Part shown: positions 15,332-25,547 of the stretch, one piece after another | Position numbering within the stretch: position 1 is the stretch's first letter | Layout: each line of letters starts with the position of its first letter | Made by a program: the position numbers and the translations under genes | Notes under the pieces: model-generated | Database searches by the model: none | What the model saw: the letters and a program-made list of their open reading frames with translations, nothing else | Told to the model about the DNA's origin: nothing | Source: Candidatus Micrarchaeia archaeon | GTDB taxonomy: Archaea > Micrarchaeota > Micrarchaeia > Anstonellales > J096 | Direction: 5' to 3' | Length of the DNA stretch: 53,475 nucleotides | NCBI GenBank assembly: GCA_041500865.1 | Contig: JBGQMY010000006.1 | Span: forward strand, 1 to 53,475

Positions 15332-18300
15332 GTGTATATCAGCAGGGTAATCCTTCGGAATTTCAAGTCGTTCAAGAGCGCAGACATCAGGATGATAAGC
15401 GGCGTCAATGCGCTTGCGGGGCCAAACGGCAGCGGCAAGTCCAACGTCTGCGACGCCATAAGGTTCATTTTAGGCGAAACGTCGCTCAAGGCCCTTAGGG
15501 CAGACTCAACCAAGCACCTGATAAACTACGGCAGCCAGTCCGCATCCGTCTCGCTTACGTTCAGCGACGGCGAGGACATGGAAATCCTGAGGGACATCGA
15601 CAAGGACGGGACAACGGAATACAGGCTCAGGGGAAAGAAGCTTACGGGCAAGGACCTGCAGAACTTCCTGATAAAAAAAGGATTATACTCGCCAAGGCGC
15701 GTAGTCATAGGCCAGGGCGAGATAAACAAGGTCGCGGAGCTGAAGCCAAAGGAGCTGAGGGAGTACATAGACGACCTGGCAGGCATCTCCGAGTATGAGA
15801 TGAAGAGGCAGGAGGCCATGAAGGAGCTTGAGTCCGCTGACCAGAGGACAAAGGAGGCCAACCTCGTGCTCGGCGAGAAGCTGAAATATTTAGATGAGCT
15901 GAAGGCAGAGATGGACCGCGCTGACGCATACATGAAGATGAAGGGCGAATTAGACGACATAAAGTACACGCTGACGCACAGGGAAATAGAGAGGATAAGG
16001 GAGGAGGAAAGCCGCCTGAACAAGAGGAAGGACGAGGCAACGGTAAGCAAGGACGAGACGCTCGGGAGGCTGGGCGAGGTCCGCGGCAGGATACAGCAGA
16101 TAATGGACGACAGGACCTCATTGAACAGGGAAGTTGAGGAAAAGGTGAAGCGCAACGAATTGTTCCAGCTGATTGAGCAGCTGAAGGCTGACATAGCAGT
16201 GAAGAAGGAGTCAATAAAGAACCTGGACGAGAAAGAGGCCATGCTCAACGAGCAGCTTTCGGCCAAGAACAGGGAGCTTTCGGAGCTCCAGACCAAATCA
16301 GTTGAGCTTGACGCAGGCATAAAGCAGTCAAGGTCCGATGCAGCGAACATAAGCGTGGAAAAGCTGAGGAAGGAGGACGAGAAGCTTGCGAAGATAGGGG
16401 CGGAGCTTGACACAAGGGCAACGGAGCTCCATTCCAAGGAAGTGGAAACGGCCTCGCTTTCATCCTCGCTCCTGAAGGACGGGGAGATGCTGAAAGTCAG
16501 GGAAGGCATGCTAAACGAGATCATAAGCAGCAAGGAAAGCGCCAGGGACGAGGGCGAAACGGTTGAAAAGGAGCTGAAGTCGGTTGAAAAGGAGTCAATG
16601 GCGCTGTTTGAAAAGGAGAAAAAGCTGAACGTCGACATAACGGAAACCGACAAGAAGACAATACGGCTCAGGGAGCGCATAGCGATAATGAGGGCCTCGG
16701 CAGGCGCCCAGAAGGTCAACCCAGCGCTTCACCTTGTTGACGAGCTGAAAAGCTCCGGCAAGGTTGACGGCATATATGGGAAGGTCATAGACTTAATACA
16801 GTTTGACGCCAAGTTCGCCGAGGCCGTTGAGGCCGCGGCCTCAGGAAGGCTCAATTACATAGTGGTGTCTGACCAGAACGTGGCAAAGGAGGTCATCGGC
16901 TACCTCAGGGATGCCAAGGTCGGCAGGGTCACGATAATACCGCTTGCGGAAATCAGGGCGAACGTCTCCGACATAAAAGAGGGCATCGGCATGCTAAGGG
17001 ATTTCGTGACGTGCGACGAGCTTTTCACGAAAGCCGTCAATTACGTTTTCGGCGATACGATTCTTGTAAACACATTTGACGAAGGCAAGAGGCTGTCAGG
17101 AAGGTATAGGGCAGTGACGCTGGACGGGACGCTCTTTGAGTCAAGCGGAGCCGTTACCGGAGGGAAGTCAACGTCAAGCATAGCAGTCAACAAGGCGCTC
17201 TCGTCGGCAGAGCAGGAGCTTGACGCCGTAAGGGCCGAAAGGGAAAATTATATAGCCCAGCTAAAGGACGTGAAGGACTCATTTTCAAAAAACAGGGAAA
17301 GGAAGGCCCAGCTGGAAGCCAAGCTTGCGTCCCTGAACGGGGAAGGCAGGGAGAAAAAATCAAGAGTGAACGCGGAGCAGCTCAAGGAAGAGGTTTTCAG
17401 GTCCAAACAGTCCATTGAGGAGCAAAAGGCCAAGGCCGGGCAAATTGGAAAGGAGATTGAGGCGACGAGGAAGGAAATTGAGAAGCTTGCGTCCGAAAGG
17501 GACAAGATACTTGAAAAGCTGAACATAGAGGAGAACGAATACGAGAAGCAGGCGCTTGAAAAGACCTCGCTGAAGGCGATGCTGCTTGAAAGGGCCAAGA
17601 ACTTCGGAACAGAAAAGGGCTCTATGCTGGACAGGATGGCTGCGCTGCAGAAGGGGATAAAGGGGATTGAGGCAAAGATAGGCGAGGCCGGAAAGGACAG
17701 GAGGTCGGACTCCGACACGCTCAGGATGAAGGAAGGCGAGCTGGCCTCGAAGGAGACAGAATTCGGCAGGAGCAGCCAGCTGCTCAGCCAGCTCATGGAA
17801 AGGATAAGGCAGCTGGAAAAGGAGCTGCAGGAGCTGGGAGCGCAGGAGAAGTCCCTTTCAGAGAAGATGTCAAAGGCCGAGAGGGACATTGCCCGCATAG
17901 AGGTTGATTTGGCCTCCATAGACACGAGGGTAGAGGACCTTGAGCGCTCAATTGAAGGCTACAAGGGCGCAACGCTCCTTGAGGCCGGAAGGATAGAGCT
18001 GGAGAAGAGGATGAAGGACCTTGAAGGGGGCCTTGCCGGAACGCAGTCCATAAACTTCGCGGCAAAGGAGACGTATTACAGGCTTTACGACGAAGTGGGC
18101 GAAATAAAGGAAAGGCTGGACAAGCTGAAAGTCGAAAAAGAAAGCATAATACAGCTCATGGAAGAGGTCAACAAAAAGAAGAAGGAGGCATTCTTTGCCA
18201 CGTACAGCAGCGTGAAGAAGAACTTCGAGGAGCTGTTTTCCCGTTTGCACAACTTCGGTAACGGCACCATAAGCCTTGACAACGAGCAGGACCCGTTCGA

Positions 18301-18643
18301 GAGCGGGCTCCACATCAAGGTGCTGAGGAACGGGAAGGACATAAGCCTGCATGCGCTCTCCGGGGGGGAAAAGACCATCGTTTCGCTGATGTTCATCTTT
18401 GCAATGCTTTTCGTCCGCCCGTCCCCGTTCTACGTGCTGGACGAGATTGACGCGTCGCTCGACAAGCTCAACAGCGAAAGGATGATAGACCTGATAAACG
18501 GCATCTCGTCCTCGACGCAGTTCATACTGGTCAGCCACAACGAAATCGTGCTGGGCAAGTGCCAGCTGATAGTCGGGGTCGCAAAAACGACGTCCGGCTC
18601 CAAGATAGTGGAAGTCAGGAATAAACCGGAGAGTTCCCAATGA
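15332..18643 (+). CDS. smc: Chromosome segregation protein SMC
   Basis: NFKSF, GPNGSGKSN Walker A, coiled coils, hinge (GRVTIIPL, VTLDG..SGAVTGG), LSGGEK signature, LDEID Walker B. Confidence 0.97.
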   Translation: MYISRVILRNFKSFKSADIRMISGVNALAGPNGSGKSNVCDAIRFILGETSLKALRADSTKHLINYGSQSASVSLTFSDGEDMEILRDIDKDGTTEYRLRGKKLTGKDLQNFLIKKGLYSPRRVVIGQGEINKVAELKPKELREYIDDLAGISEYEMKRQEAMKELESADQRTKEANLVLGEKLKYLDELKAEMDRADAYMKMKGELDDIKYTLTHREIERIREEESRLNKRKDEATVSKDETLGRLGEVRGRIQQIMDDRTSLNREVEEKVKRNELFQLIEQLKADIAVKKESIKNLDEKEAMLNEQLSAKNRELSELQTKSVELDAGIKQSRSDAANISVEKLRKEDEKLAKIGAELDTRATELHSKEVETASLSSSLLKDGEMLKVREGMLNEIISSKESARDEGETVEKELKSVEKESMALFEKEKKLNVDITETDKKTIRLRERIAIMRASAGAQKVNPALHLVDELKSSGKVDGIYGKVIDLIQFDAKFAEAVEAAASGRLNYIVVSDQNVAKEVIGYLRDAKVGRVTIIPLAEIRANVSDIKEGIGMLRDFVTCDELFTKAVNYVFGDTILVNTFDEGKRLSGRYRAVTLDGTLFESSGAVTGGKSTSSIAVNKALSSAEQELDAVRAERENYIAQLKDVKDSFSKNRERKAQLEAKLASLNGEGREKKSRVNAEQLKEEVFRSKQSIEEQKAKAGQIGKEIEATRKEIEKLASERDKILEKLNIEENEYEKQALEKTSLKAMLLERAKNFGTEKGSMLDRMAALQKGIKGIEAKIGEAGKDRRSDSDTLRMKEGELASKETEFGRSSQLLSQLMERIRQLEKELQELGAQEKSLSEKMSKAERDIARIEVDLASIDTRVEDLERSIEGYKGATLLEAGRIELEKRMKDLEGGLAGTQSINFAAKETYYRLYDEVGEIKERLDKLKVEKESIIQLMEEVNKKKKEAFFATYSSVKKNFEELFSRLHNFGNGTISLDNEQDPFESGLHIKVLRNGKDISLHALSGGEKTIVSLMFIFAMLFVRPSPFYVLDEIDASLDKLNSERMIDLINGISSSTQFILVSHNEIVLGKCQLIVGVAKTTSGSKIVEVRNKPESSQ

Positions 18644-19649
18644 TTATGTAGTCAAGCACGACGTTTCCGGATATTTCCGCGTTCAGCACAAGGGCCATGC
18701 TTGTCGCGTTCCGCCCGTCTTCAAGGCTCACCGTCACCATGCTGTCCGGCATCCGGTACGGGGAGTTTTCCAGCGAAACGTCCGCCATCATGACCTCCTT
18801 CATGCCCTTTGCGAAGCTTATGTTGAGCGGCGCAGCGGATTTTATGTACGAGCTGGGGAACGTCGCGTTGCCGTAGTCTTCCGCTATCGCCGTCTCGTTC
18901 GTCATGCTGCCGTTGACTATGATGTAGCTGTCGCCGACCCAGTCCACGTAGCCCTTCCTTGCCAGTGGCATTGAATTAAGATACACGATATTGGATATCT
19001 CCGCAGTGGCGTTCGGATAGTCCGCAACCATGGTCCTGTTGACGAAGTCTATCTCGTAGCTGTAGGTCTTTTCCGATACGTTGAGTATCGGCCCGACGAG
19101 GTCTATCCTCTTCCTTTCGCTGACTATGACGGCGTTCTGCATTACGTTCACGCTTCCGCCCACCACAAGGGCGTCTGCCCTTATGTCCATGGAGCTGCCC
19201 AGCCCCATCGTCGGCTTGAGGTAGACCTCAAGCGGCAGCGAAACGTTGACGGCGTAGGTTCCGTTAAGCGTCCCGTTTCCCAGCGGCGTCAGCACGGCCT
19301 TTGAAAGCACTGTCCCGTATTTGCCGTCCGCGAACCTGTATATGTCCATGGATGCGCTCTCGTTGTCCGTGGTTATGAGTATTTCCGTCGGGTTTTCATA
19401 GACTTTCTTAACGCCGGGCATGGCCGATATGTTGTCTTTTATCTGGCTGAAGTTTACGGGGTTCAGTATCTCCACTATGCCCTTGTACGACTCTATGGAG
19501 TATTGGGCATCCAGCACGCCTATCATGTATGACTGTACCTGCTGCTGGCTGCTTTGGGCAGAGCTGCCGAAGAGCATGATGTCCCCAAGGAACAGGACGA
19601 CTGCCGCAACCCCGATTGCAATAAATTTATATATGGTTTGCTTGTCCAT
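18615..19649 (-). CDS. Hypothetical membrane-anchored surface protein
   Basis: N-terminal hydrophobic helix, several N-x-S/T sequons; AGGTGAGG SD upstream. Confidence 0.7.
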   Translation of the reverse strand: MDKQTIYKFIAIGVAAVVLFLGDIMLFGSSAQSSQQQVQSYMIGVLDAQYSIESYKGIVEILNPVNFSQIKDNISAMPGVKKVYENPTEILITTDNESASMDIYRFADGKYGTVLSKAVLTPLGNGTLNGTYAVNVSLPLEVYLKPTMGLGSSMDIRADALVVGGSVNVMQNAVIVSERKRIDLVGPILNVSEKTYSYEIDFVNRTMVADYPNATAEISNIVYLNSMPLARKGYVDWVGDSYIIVNGSMTNETAIAEDYGNATFPSSYIKSAAPLNISFAKGMKEVMMADVSLENSPYRMPDSMVTVSLEDGRNATSMALVLNAEISGNVVLDYIIIGNSPVYS

Positions 19650-19695
19650 ATCCCTCACCTAACCTGAAAAGCCTTTTAAAAGATGGTGGATTGCG

Positions 19696-20355
19696 ATGGA
19701 AAAAGGGGACTTTGTATTGCTTGAGATGGAAGGCCGGGATGCCTCCGGGCAGGCGTTCGACAGCACGAAAGGAGAGACTGCCAAGAGCCTCCACGGCAAG
19801 GAGGGGCCAATACTCATAATATACGGATACGCGGTGATGGTGAAGGGCATCAACGACGCTATCGGCAGGATGAAGGAAGGCGAATCCCTGAGCATAGCCC
19901 TTGAGCCGGAGGACGCCTTCGGCGACAAGAAGCCGGAGAAGATAAAGGTGTATCCGGTTTCGGAGTTCATAAAGGCGGGCTACAAGAGCCTTGCGCCGGG
20001 CATGGTCATGGTCATCAACGTGCCTACAGGCAAGCTTAGCGGCACGATAAAGAGCATATCCAACGGAAGGGTCACGGTCGACTTCAACCATCCCTTGGCA
20101 GGCAAGAAGGTTTTCTACGATCTGAAGGTCGCAAAAGTCATAAGGGAAATGGGCGAGAAGGTTTCCAAGCTCTGCGAGACGCTTTCCATAGCCGCAAGCT
20201 CGATTGTCAACGAGAACGAGAAAAAGATAATCGTGATAGTCAAGGAGGACAAGGAAGGCAACAAGGGCGTCCTTTATTCCAACCTTGAGCTGCTGTTCCC
20301 GAATTACAAAAGGGAGATAAATGACGCTGCTGGAAAGGACAAGGGAACTGCCTGA
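19696..20355 (+). CDS. slyD: FKBP-type peptidyl-prolyl isomerase (long archaeal SlyD type)
   Basis: GDFVLLE, FDST, PEDAFG, VTVDFNHPLAGK motifs. Confidence 0.9.
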   Translation: MEKGDFVLLEMEGRDASGQAFDSTKGETAKSLHGKEGPILIIYGYAVMVKGINDAIGRMKEGESLSIALEPEDAFGDKKPEKIKVYPVSEFIKAGYKSLAPGMVMVINVPTGKLSGTIKSISNGRVTVDFNHPLAGKKVFYDLKVAKVIREMGEKVSKLCETLSIAASSIVNENEKKIIVIVKEDKEGNKGVLYSNLELLFPNYKREINDAAGKDKGTA

Positions 20356-21073
20356 ATACCGCTCCCTAATGGAAGGCGTGCTCAGGCCAAGGGAGCCTTT
20401 CGGCTCGCCTACGATAAAGGAGCAGGAAAAAAGCAGGTTCATATCGTCCGTAAAGCTTCCGCTGCCCAGCCACATTGTCATATATGAGGCGCACAAGCCC
20501 TATTCCGTTCCCACGAATTATTATCAGAGCCTTTCAGTGGACGGCACAGCGCTTGAGGACAGCTTCACGTCCGGCTCGTTCCGCGGCCTGGTTTTCTTCG
20601 GCGACAGCATTCTCCTGCTTTCAAACCATGCGATAAACAGCCACGGCTCCGACTATTCGCTGCACTACGTTGCGGTCCACTTTTCAAAGGACGAGCTAAG
20701 CATAAAGAAGGAAGCAGGCAGCACAACCGTGTCGTTTTCCGGGGGCAAAACCGCGAAGTGCATGACAACAGGGGAAAGCGCAAAGCACGCTATAAAATTC
20801 TCGTTCACGCATTCCACAATCGGCAACAGGATGATAACGCCGGAAAAGGCCATGGAATCGGATTTGGTCAAAAACTACGTAAAGAGGTTCGGGGGCGCAA
20901 GCGCCTACCTAACGTCGTCAAGGCTCATGGGATTCACCATAACGACGCCGTTCATCCTGCCCCACCCCCACGCGTTCAGGTTCCACAAGGAGCTTGGCTT
21001 CGAAAGCAGGGCGCAGATGGCATTTGCGTGCGAAAAGGAGCTGGGGGCGCTGCTCGGGCTGCAAAGCGGCTAG
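20321..21073 (+). CDS. Hypothetical protein
   Basis: 250-aa ORF with host-like codon usage, overlapping the PPIase 3' end. Confidence 0.7.
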   Translation: MTLLERTRELPEYRSLMEGVLRPREPFGSPTIKEQEKSRFISSVKLPLPSHIVIYEAHKPYSVPTNYYQSLSVDGTALEDSFTSGSFRGLVFFGDSILLLSNHAINSHGSDYSLHYVAVHFSKDELSIKKEAGSTTVSFSGGKTAKCMTTGESAKHAIKFSFTHSTIGNRMITPEKAMESDLVKNYVKRFGGASAYLTSSRLMGFTITTPFILPHPHAFRFHKELGFESRAQMAFACEKELGALLGLQSG

Positions 21074-21102
21074 TTTAAAATTCCAACCCAACGGTTATTG
21101 GC

Positions 21103-22293
21103 ATGATGGCAAAGACGCAGTTCATGAGGTTCAAGGCGCTGGAACTGGAGAACGGCCTGACGCTTAAGGACTTTGAAATCGCATACGAGGCGCACGGCGC
21201 CCTCAACGGGAAAAAGGACAATGCCATTCTCGTGTTCCATGCGCTTTCAGGCGGCTCCCACATAGCCGGCGCGCTTGAGCGCAGCGATGGCGACGAAAAG
21301 CTCAACCCAAGGGAATACCTCAGAAAGCACGGCTGCTTCAAAGAGCCGAGAAACGGCTGGTGGGACATCGCAGTGGGGCCGGGCAAGGCGTTTGACACCA
21401 ATGCGTATTTCGTAGTCTGCGCCAACATCATAGGCGGGTGCTATGGCTCGACAGGGCCCTGCTCAATGAACCCGGAAACAGGAAAGCGGTACGGCAGCAG
21501 GTTTCCGGTCATAACGGTCAGGGACATAGCCAGGAGCCAGAAGATGCTTATTGAAAAGCTTGGCATAAAGAGGCTGCTTGCGGCTGTCGGGGTGTCAACA
21601 GGCGGCCTTCCCCTGCTGGAATGGTCCCTAATGTACCCGAAGGGCGCGGAGCTGTTCATCGCAATCGCCACCTCGGCGACAAGGACCAGGATAACGCTTT
21701 CAAGGAACAACAACCAGAAATACTCGATAACGACGGACCAGAACTTCGGCAACGGGGACTATTACGAAAGGGAATGGCCTTCTGGCTGGCCGATAGGCGG
21801 CCTCAAGCTCGCGAGGATGCTCGCGCACGAGACGTACGTTGACCTGGACGCAAGGGAAATCAAGGACGAGGTGGTTCCGAACGACAGGGACATCGACAAA
21901 TATAACATACAGAACCCCATAGAGTCGTTCATGCACAGGGAGGGCAACAGGTTCGTCCAGCGCTTTGACGCAAACACGTTTGTGAAAATCCTTGACTTCA
22001 CGAACGCATATGACGTGAAAAAGGCGCACAATGCAAAGGAGCTTTTCAGGGCGTTCAGGAAGGTTGCCGGCGGCGAATACCTAATCATAAGCATAAGCGA
22101 CGACTACTGTTTCTACCCCGAGGAGTCAAAGGAGCTGTTTGACGCCCTTGACCGGGCCGGCGTGAATGCGCATTACAGGATAATCCACTCGTCAAAGGGG
22201 CACGACGCATTCCTCGTTGAGGGTGAGAAGGTCAATGACGCGATTTCGCCCATACTGGGCAGGGCATACGCCAGAACCAGGAATGTGGCATAG
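21103..22293 (+). CDS. metX: Homoserine O-acetyltransferase family (alpha/beta hydrolase)
   Basis: NAILVFHALSG, GWWD..VGPGKAFDT, GGCYGSTGP, GVSTGG nucleophile, RFDAN, GHDAFL. Confidence 0.88.
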   Translation: MMAKTQFMRFKALELENGLTLKDFEIAYEAHGALNGKKDNAILVFHALSGGSHIAGALERSDGDEKLNPREYLRKHGCFKEPRNGWWDIAVGPGKAFDTNAYFVVCANIIGGCYGSTGPCSMNPETGKRYGSRFPVITVRDIARSQKMLIEKLGIKRLLAAVGVSTGGLPLLEWSLMYPKGAELFIAIATSATRTRITLSRNNNQKYSITTDQNFGNGDYYEREWPSGWPIGGLKLARMLAHETYVDLDAREIKDEVVPNDRDIDKYNIQNPIESFMHREGNRFVQRFDANTFVKILDFTNAYDVKKAHNAKELFRAFRKVAGGEYLIISISDDYCFYPEESKELFDALDRAGVNAHYRIIHSSKGHDAFLVEGEKVNDAISPILGRAYARTRNVA

Positions 22294-22839
22294 ATGTGCG
22301 AGCTCGGCCAGCTGTTCGGTACCGGCATGGTGCTTGAAATCCAGCTGGCGGCGCTGTTCGCAATAGCCGTCACTGCGCTTTTCTGGCTCGGCGAGTTCAG
22401 GAAGAGGCAGATTTCAGTCGCGCTTTTCCGCTTTCCGCTTTTGCTGTGGGCCATTTTCGGCACGCTTGACATGACAATAACGGCAAAGGGCGTCCTGGAA
22501 GGCGCCCCAAGCGAGGGATTCTGGCTTGCCAAGCTCGCTTTTGGGCATTTCGGGGCCGTTGGCCCGGTTGTCGCGAGCGTGCTATGGATTTCGCTCTGGG
22601 CTGGCGTCGTCCTTGCATTGAACAGGACGAGGCCGCCGTTTTATTCAACCGTCTCGCTCATGATATTCTACGCGTTGGCAATCAGCCATTTCTTCGGCTT
22701 CAGCTCCTGGCTCGTCTCTGCATGCTGGGTGGCAAGGCCCGTTTACGGCACCATGCCGGATTTCAGCTCCGTCGGCACGCTCCTCGCAGTCCCTGCCGCC
22801 ATAATACACACCATATTGGCGGAGAAGGGCAAGCAATAA
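22294..22839 (+). CDS. Hypothetical integral membrane protein
   Basis: About five hydrophobic segments; D..IT..G....EG motif. Confidence 0.7.
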   Translation: MCELGQLFGTGMVLEIQLAALFAIAVTALFWLGEFRKRQISVALFRFPLLLWAIFGTLDMTITAKGVLEGAPSEGFWLAKLAFGHFGAVGPVVASVLWISLWAGVVLALNRTRPPFYSTVSLMIFYALAISHFFGFSSWLVSACWVARPVYGTMPDFSSVGTLLAVPAAIIHTILAEKGKQ

Positions 22840-22846
22840 AAACCTC

Positions 22847-23095
22847 ATGAGGCAATTGGCCTTTATGGACCAAAACGAGGCTTTCGGCAGGTGCATCTGC
22901 GCGATGTGCCCGACCTACATGGAGTGCGAGCAGGGAAAGGCATTTTGCATGCCAGGCGCAAAAAGAAGCAAGTGTATAAAGGCGGAGAACGGCTGCATAT
23001 GCCCCGGCTGCCCCGTGTTCAGCGAGATGAAGTTCTCATCCGTCTATTACTGCATAAAGGGCAGCGACGCGGAGCAGAAGCCAGGCCGGAAATGA
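22847..23095 (+). CDS. Cys-rich small protein (DUF2769-like)
   Basis: CICAMCPTY..C...FC...SKCI...GCICPGCPV...YYC pattern. Confidence 0.75.
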   Translation: MRQLAFMDQNEAFGRCICAMCPTYMECEQGKAFCMPGAKRSKCIKAENGCICPGCPVFSEMKFSSVYYCIKGSDAEQKPGRK

Positions 23096-23152
23096 GTGCC
23101 GTTCTCGTGGAATAGTATATCCTTTTAAACATTTGGTATATCAAGGTATACT

Positions 23153-23374
23153 ATGTTTACAACAATCAAAGTTTCTAAGGAGCTTAGGGACAGGCTGGAA
23201 AAGATGAAGATGGGGGGAGGCGAGACCTACGAAAGCGTAATAGAGGACCTTATAGAGGACCATCTGGAGCTAAATCCCGAATTCAAGAAGAAGCTGGAAT
23301 CCAGGGTAAAGGAAGCAGAGAAAGGGGAATTCGTAAGTTTCAGCGAAGTCAAGAAAAGATATTCCAGGAGCTGA
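23153..23374 (+). CDS. Putative antitoxin (RHH-like)
   Basis: TTIKVSKELRDRLEKMK...ETYESVIEDLI; ends GEFVSFSEVKK; directly upstream of RelE. Confidence 0.8.
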   Translation: MFTTIKVSKELRDRLEKMKMGGGETYESVIEDLIEDHLELNPEFKKKLESRVKEAEKGEFVSFSEVKKRYSRS

Positions 23375-23378
23375 TTGC

Positions 23379-23621
23379 GTGTATGAAATACGCTTCGTAA
23401 AAAGCGCCCCAAGCGACCTCGATTCGCTGGATGACGAATACAGGGAGCGGGTATTCGCAGTATTGGAAAGGATAAAAGTGAATCCTTTCCGCCATGCAAG
23501 GAAACTGAGCGGATCTGATTCCTTTAGGTTTAGAGTTGGGGATTATAGGATTCTTGCGAATATAGAAGGCAATTTCATATCAGTATATGCCATTGAGCAT
23601 AGAAAAAGTGTTTACAAATAG
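23379..23621 (+). CDS. relE: RelE/ParE family toxin
   Basis: YEIRF...KLSG...FRFRVGDYRIL...IEHRKSVY. Confidence 0.9.
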   Translation: MYEIRFVKSAPSDLDSLDDEYRERVFAVLERIKVNPFRHARKLSGSDSFRFRVGDYRILANIEGNFISVYAIEHRKSVYK

Positions 23622-23629
23622 GTAATCCC

Positions 23630-24325
23630 ATGGCAAAACCAAAGGCAGTGATATTTGATTTGGACAACACGCTGATTGACTTCACAGAGACGAAGAACAT
23701 CGCGATACGCGAGTCGGTTAAGGCGATGGTTGACAAGGGCCTCGGCAAGAATTTTGAAACGCTGCTTAAGGATTTCACTGCTTACTACTGGAAGCACGGC
23801 ATAGAGGACCAGCGCATATTCCAGAAGTTCTTCAGGGAGCGCTTCGGAAAGGTGGACTACATCGTCTTGGCAAGCGCAATCCTCGCATACAGGAAGGCCA
23901 AGGAGGGCATACTGAAGCCCTATCCAGGGGCAAAGGCCCTGCTGATATTCCTCAAGGAGAAAGGATACAGGCTCGCCATCCTTTCGGACGCGCCCAAGCT
24001 GGAGGCTTACCTGAGGCTGTGCGCCATAGGCTTGGACGACTTCTTTGACGTGATACTGACAAAAAGCGACACCAAGAGGATGAAACCCAACAACCGGGGC
24101 TTCATCATGGCAGCAAGGAGGCTGGGCGTTGGAACGAACGATTGCATAATGATAGGCGACATGCCAAGCCGCGACATAGAGGGCGCAAGGAAGCTCGGCA
24201 TGAGGGCCGTTTTCGCGCAGTACGGCCACAGGAACGGGGAGGACGGCTCCAACGCAGATTACGCCGCGAAATCAATAAAGGACATTGAAAGGGTAATAAA
24301 GGCAATTGAAAGGGAATCTGGTTAA
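23630..24325 (+). CDS. HAD-superfamily hydrolase
   Basis: FDLDNTL, LSD, KP, IGD...DIEGA motifs. Confidence 0.9.
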   Translation: MAKPKAVIFDLDNTLIDFTETKNIAIRESVKAMVDKGLGKNFETLLKDFTAYYWKHGIEDQRIFQKFFRERFGKVDYIVLASAILAYRKAKEGILKPYPGAKALLIFLKEKGYRLAILSDAPKLEAYLRLCAIGLDDFFDVILTKSDTKRMKPNNRGFIMAARRLGVGTNDCIMIGDMPSRDIEGARKLGMRAVFAQYGHRNGEDGSNADYAAKSIKDIERVIKAIERESG

Positions 24326-24340
24326 ATGGAGGGTGAGAAC

Positions 24341-24601
24341 ATGAAAATAGAAAAAAAGATGTGGCCGCAGGAGTTCGGGGAAATGCTCGGCGGGAAAAAG
24401 GTATTTGACGTCAGGCTCGCTGACTTTGAATGCAGGCCGGGCGACGTGCTTGTGCTCAGGGAATGGGACCCGGAAACAAAACAGTATACCGGAAGGAGCA
24501 TAGAGAAAAACGTAACCTCTGTCTTCAAGACGAAAGAGCAGAGGTTCTGGCCAGAGGGGGACGTTGAAAAGTACGGCTTCCAGGTAATCGGGTTCCGCTA
24601 G
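24341..24601 (+). CDS. DUF3850 / ASCH (PUA-like) domain protein
   Basis: KKMWPQEF...GKKVFDVRLADF..PGDVLVLREWD...YTGR; GGTGAG SD. Confidence 0.85.
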   Translation: MKIEKKMWPQEFGEMLGGKKVFDVRLADFECRPGDVLVLREWDPETKQYTGRSIEKNVTSVFKTKEQRFWPEGDVEKYGFQVIGFR

Positions 24602-25453
24602 CTAGTCCGGCTCAATGTGGATATTGACTTCCTTCACGCGCGGGACCTTCCTCTTTATCCTGTCCTTTATCTCATGGGCCACTGTGTGGGCTGACTTCAC
24701 AGGGGTGTTCGGCGGCATGTGGATATGCACGTCAACAAGTATCATGCTGCCAGCCAGCCTTGCCCTGAGCTTGTGGTACCTTGTTATCCTTTTCTCCCCC
24801 TTCAGGACGCTTTCTATCTTTTCCATCGTTTCGCTGTCTGGCGCGAAGTCCATGAACACGACAATGGATTTCCACAGTATCTCAGCTGATATGCAGAGCA
24901 TGACCAGGCCCACGGCAATGGCAGACAGCGGGTCGCCCATGCCGAATCCCAGCTTTACAAGCACCAACCCCACAAGGACCGACACCGAGCTTATCACGTC
25001 AGTGGTGAAATGCGCGGAGTCTGCCTCAAGGGCGGAGCTGCCCTCGCTCTCTGCCACCTTCCCGAGGTATTTGGACGTGTAAAGCGTTATAGGTATGGAG
25101 ATGAGCATCAGCGCTATGCCGACTTCCGAGAACTCAACGGCCGAGGGCGATGAAATCTTGTGCGCGGCCTCGTACATGACTATTGCCGCCGTTGCCGCTA
25201 TCAGCAGCCCCTGTATCAGCGAAGAGAGGTTTTCGAACTTCTCATGGCCGAACTGGTGCTCCCTGTCGCTGGGCTCCCCTGCCATCTTTATCCCGACGTA
25301 TGCGAGCGCCGAGGCCAGCAGGTCAAAAAAGGAGTGCGCGGCCTCTGCAAGGAGGCCCATGCTTCCTGTTATGTACGCTGCGCCTACCTTGGATGCGAGC
25401 AATGCGACATTTACGCCAATGGAAAGCGAGGCTGCGCCGAGCTTCTGCGCCAT
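24602..25453 (-). CDS. Cation diffusion facilitator (FieF-like) transporter
   Basis: AEAAHSFFD, HQFGHEKFE, ADSAHFTTD, C-terminal HIEP. Confidence 0.92.
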   Translation of the reverse strand: MAQKLGAASLSIGVNVALLASKVGAAYITGSMGLLAEAAHSFFDLLASALAYVGIKMAGEPSDREHQFGHEKFENLSSLIQGLLIAATAAIVMYEAAHKISSPSAVEFSEVGIALMLISIPITLYTSKYLGKVAESEGSSALEADSAHFTTDVISSVSVLVGLVLVKLGFGMGDPLSAIAVGLVMLCISAEILWKSIVVFMDFAPDSETMEKIESVLKGEKRITRYHKLRARLAGSMILVDVHIHMPPNTPVKSAHTVAHEIKDRIKRKVPRVKEVNIHIEPD

Positions 25454-25547
25454 TACAACAGTATAAACAAAAAACCTTAAAAGAGTATATATAGCCCAAA
25501 TATCCATTAAAAATAACTTTAAAAACCATTCGGCTCCCTATTATATC

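Noticed and set aside
15526..18640. Long antisense ORFs within smc, and similar shadows elsewhere
   Set aside because: Ser/Phe/Leu-rich mirror translations expected from the codon bias of the sense gene.
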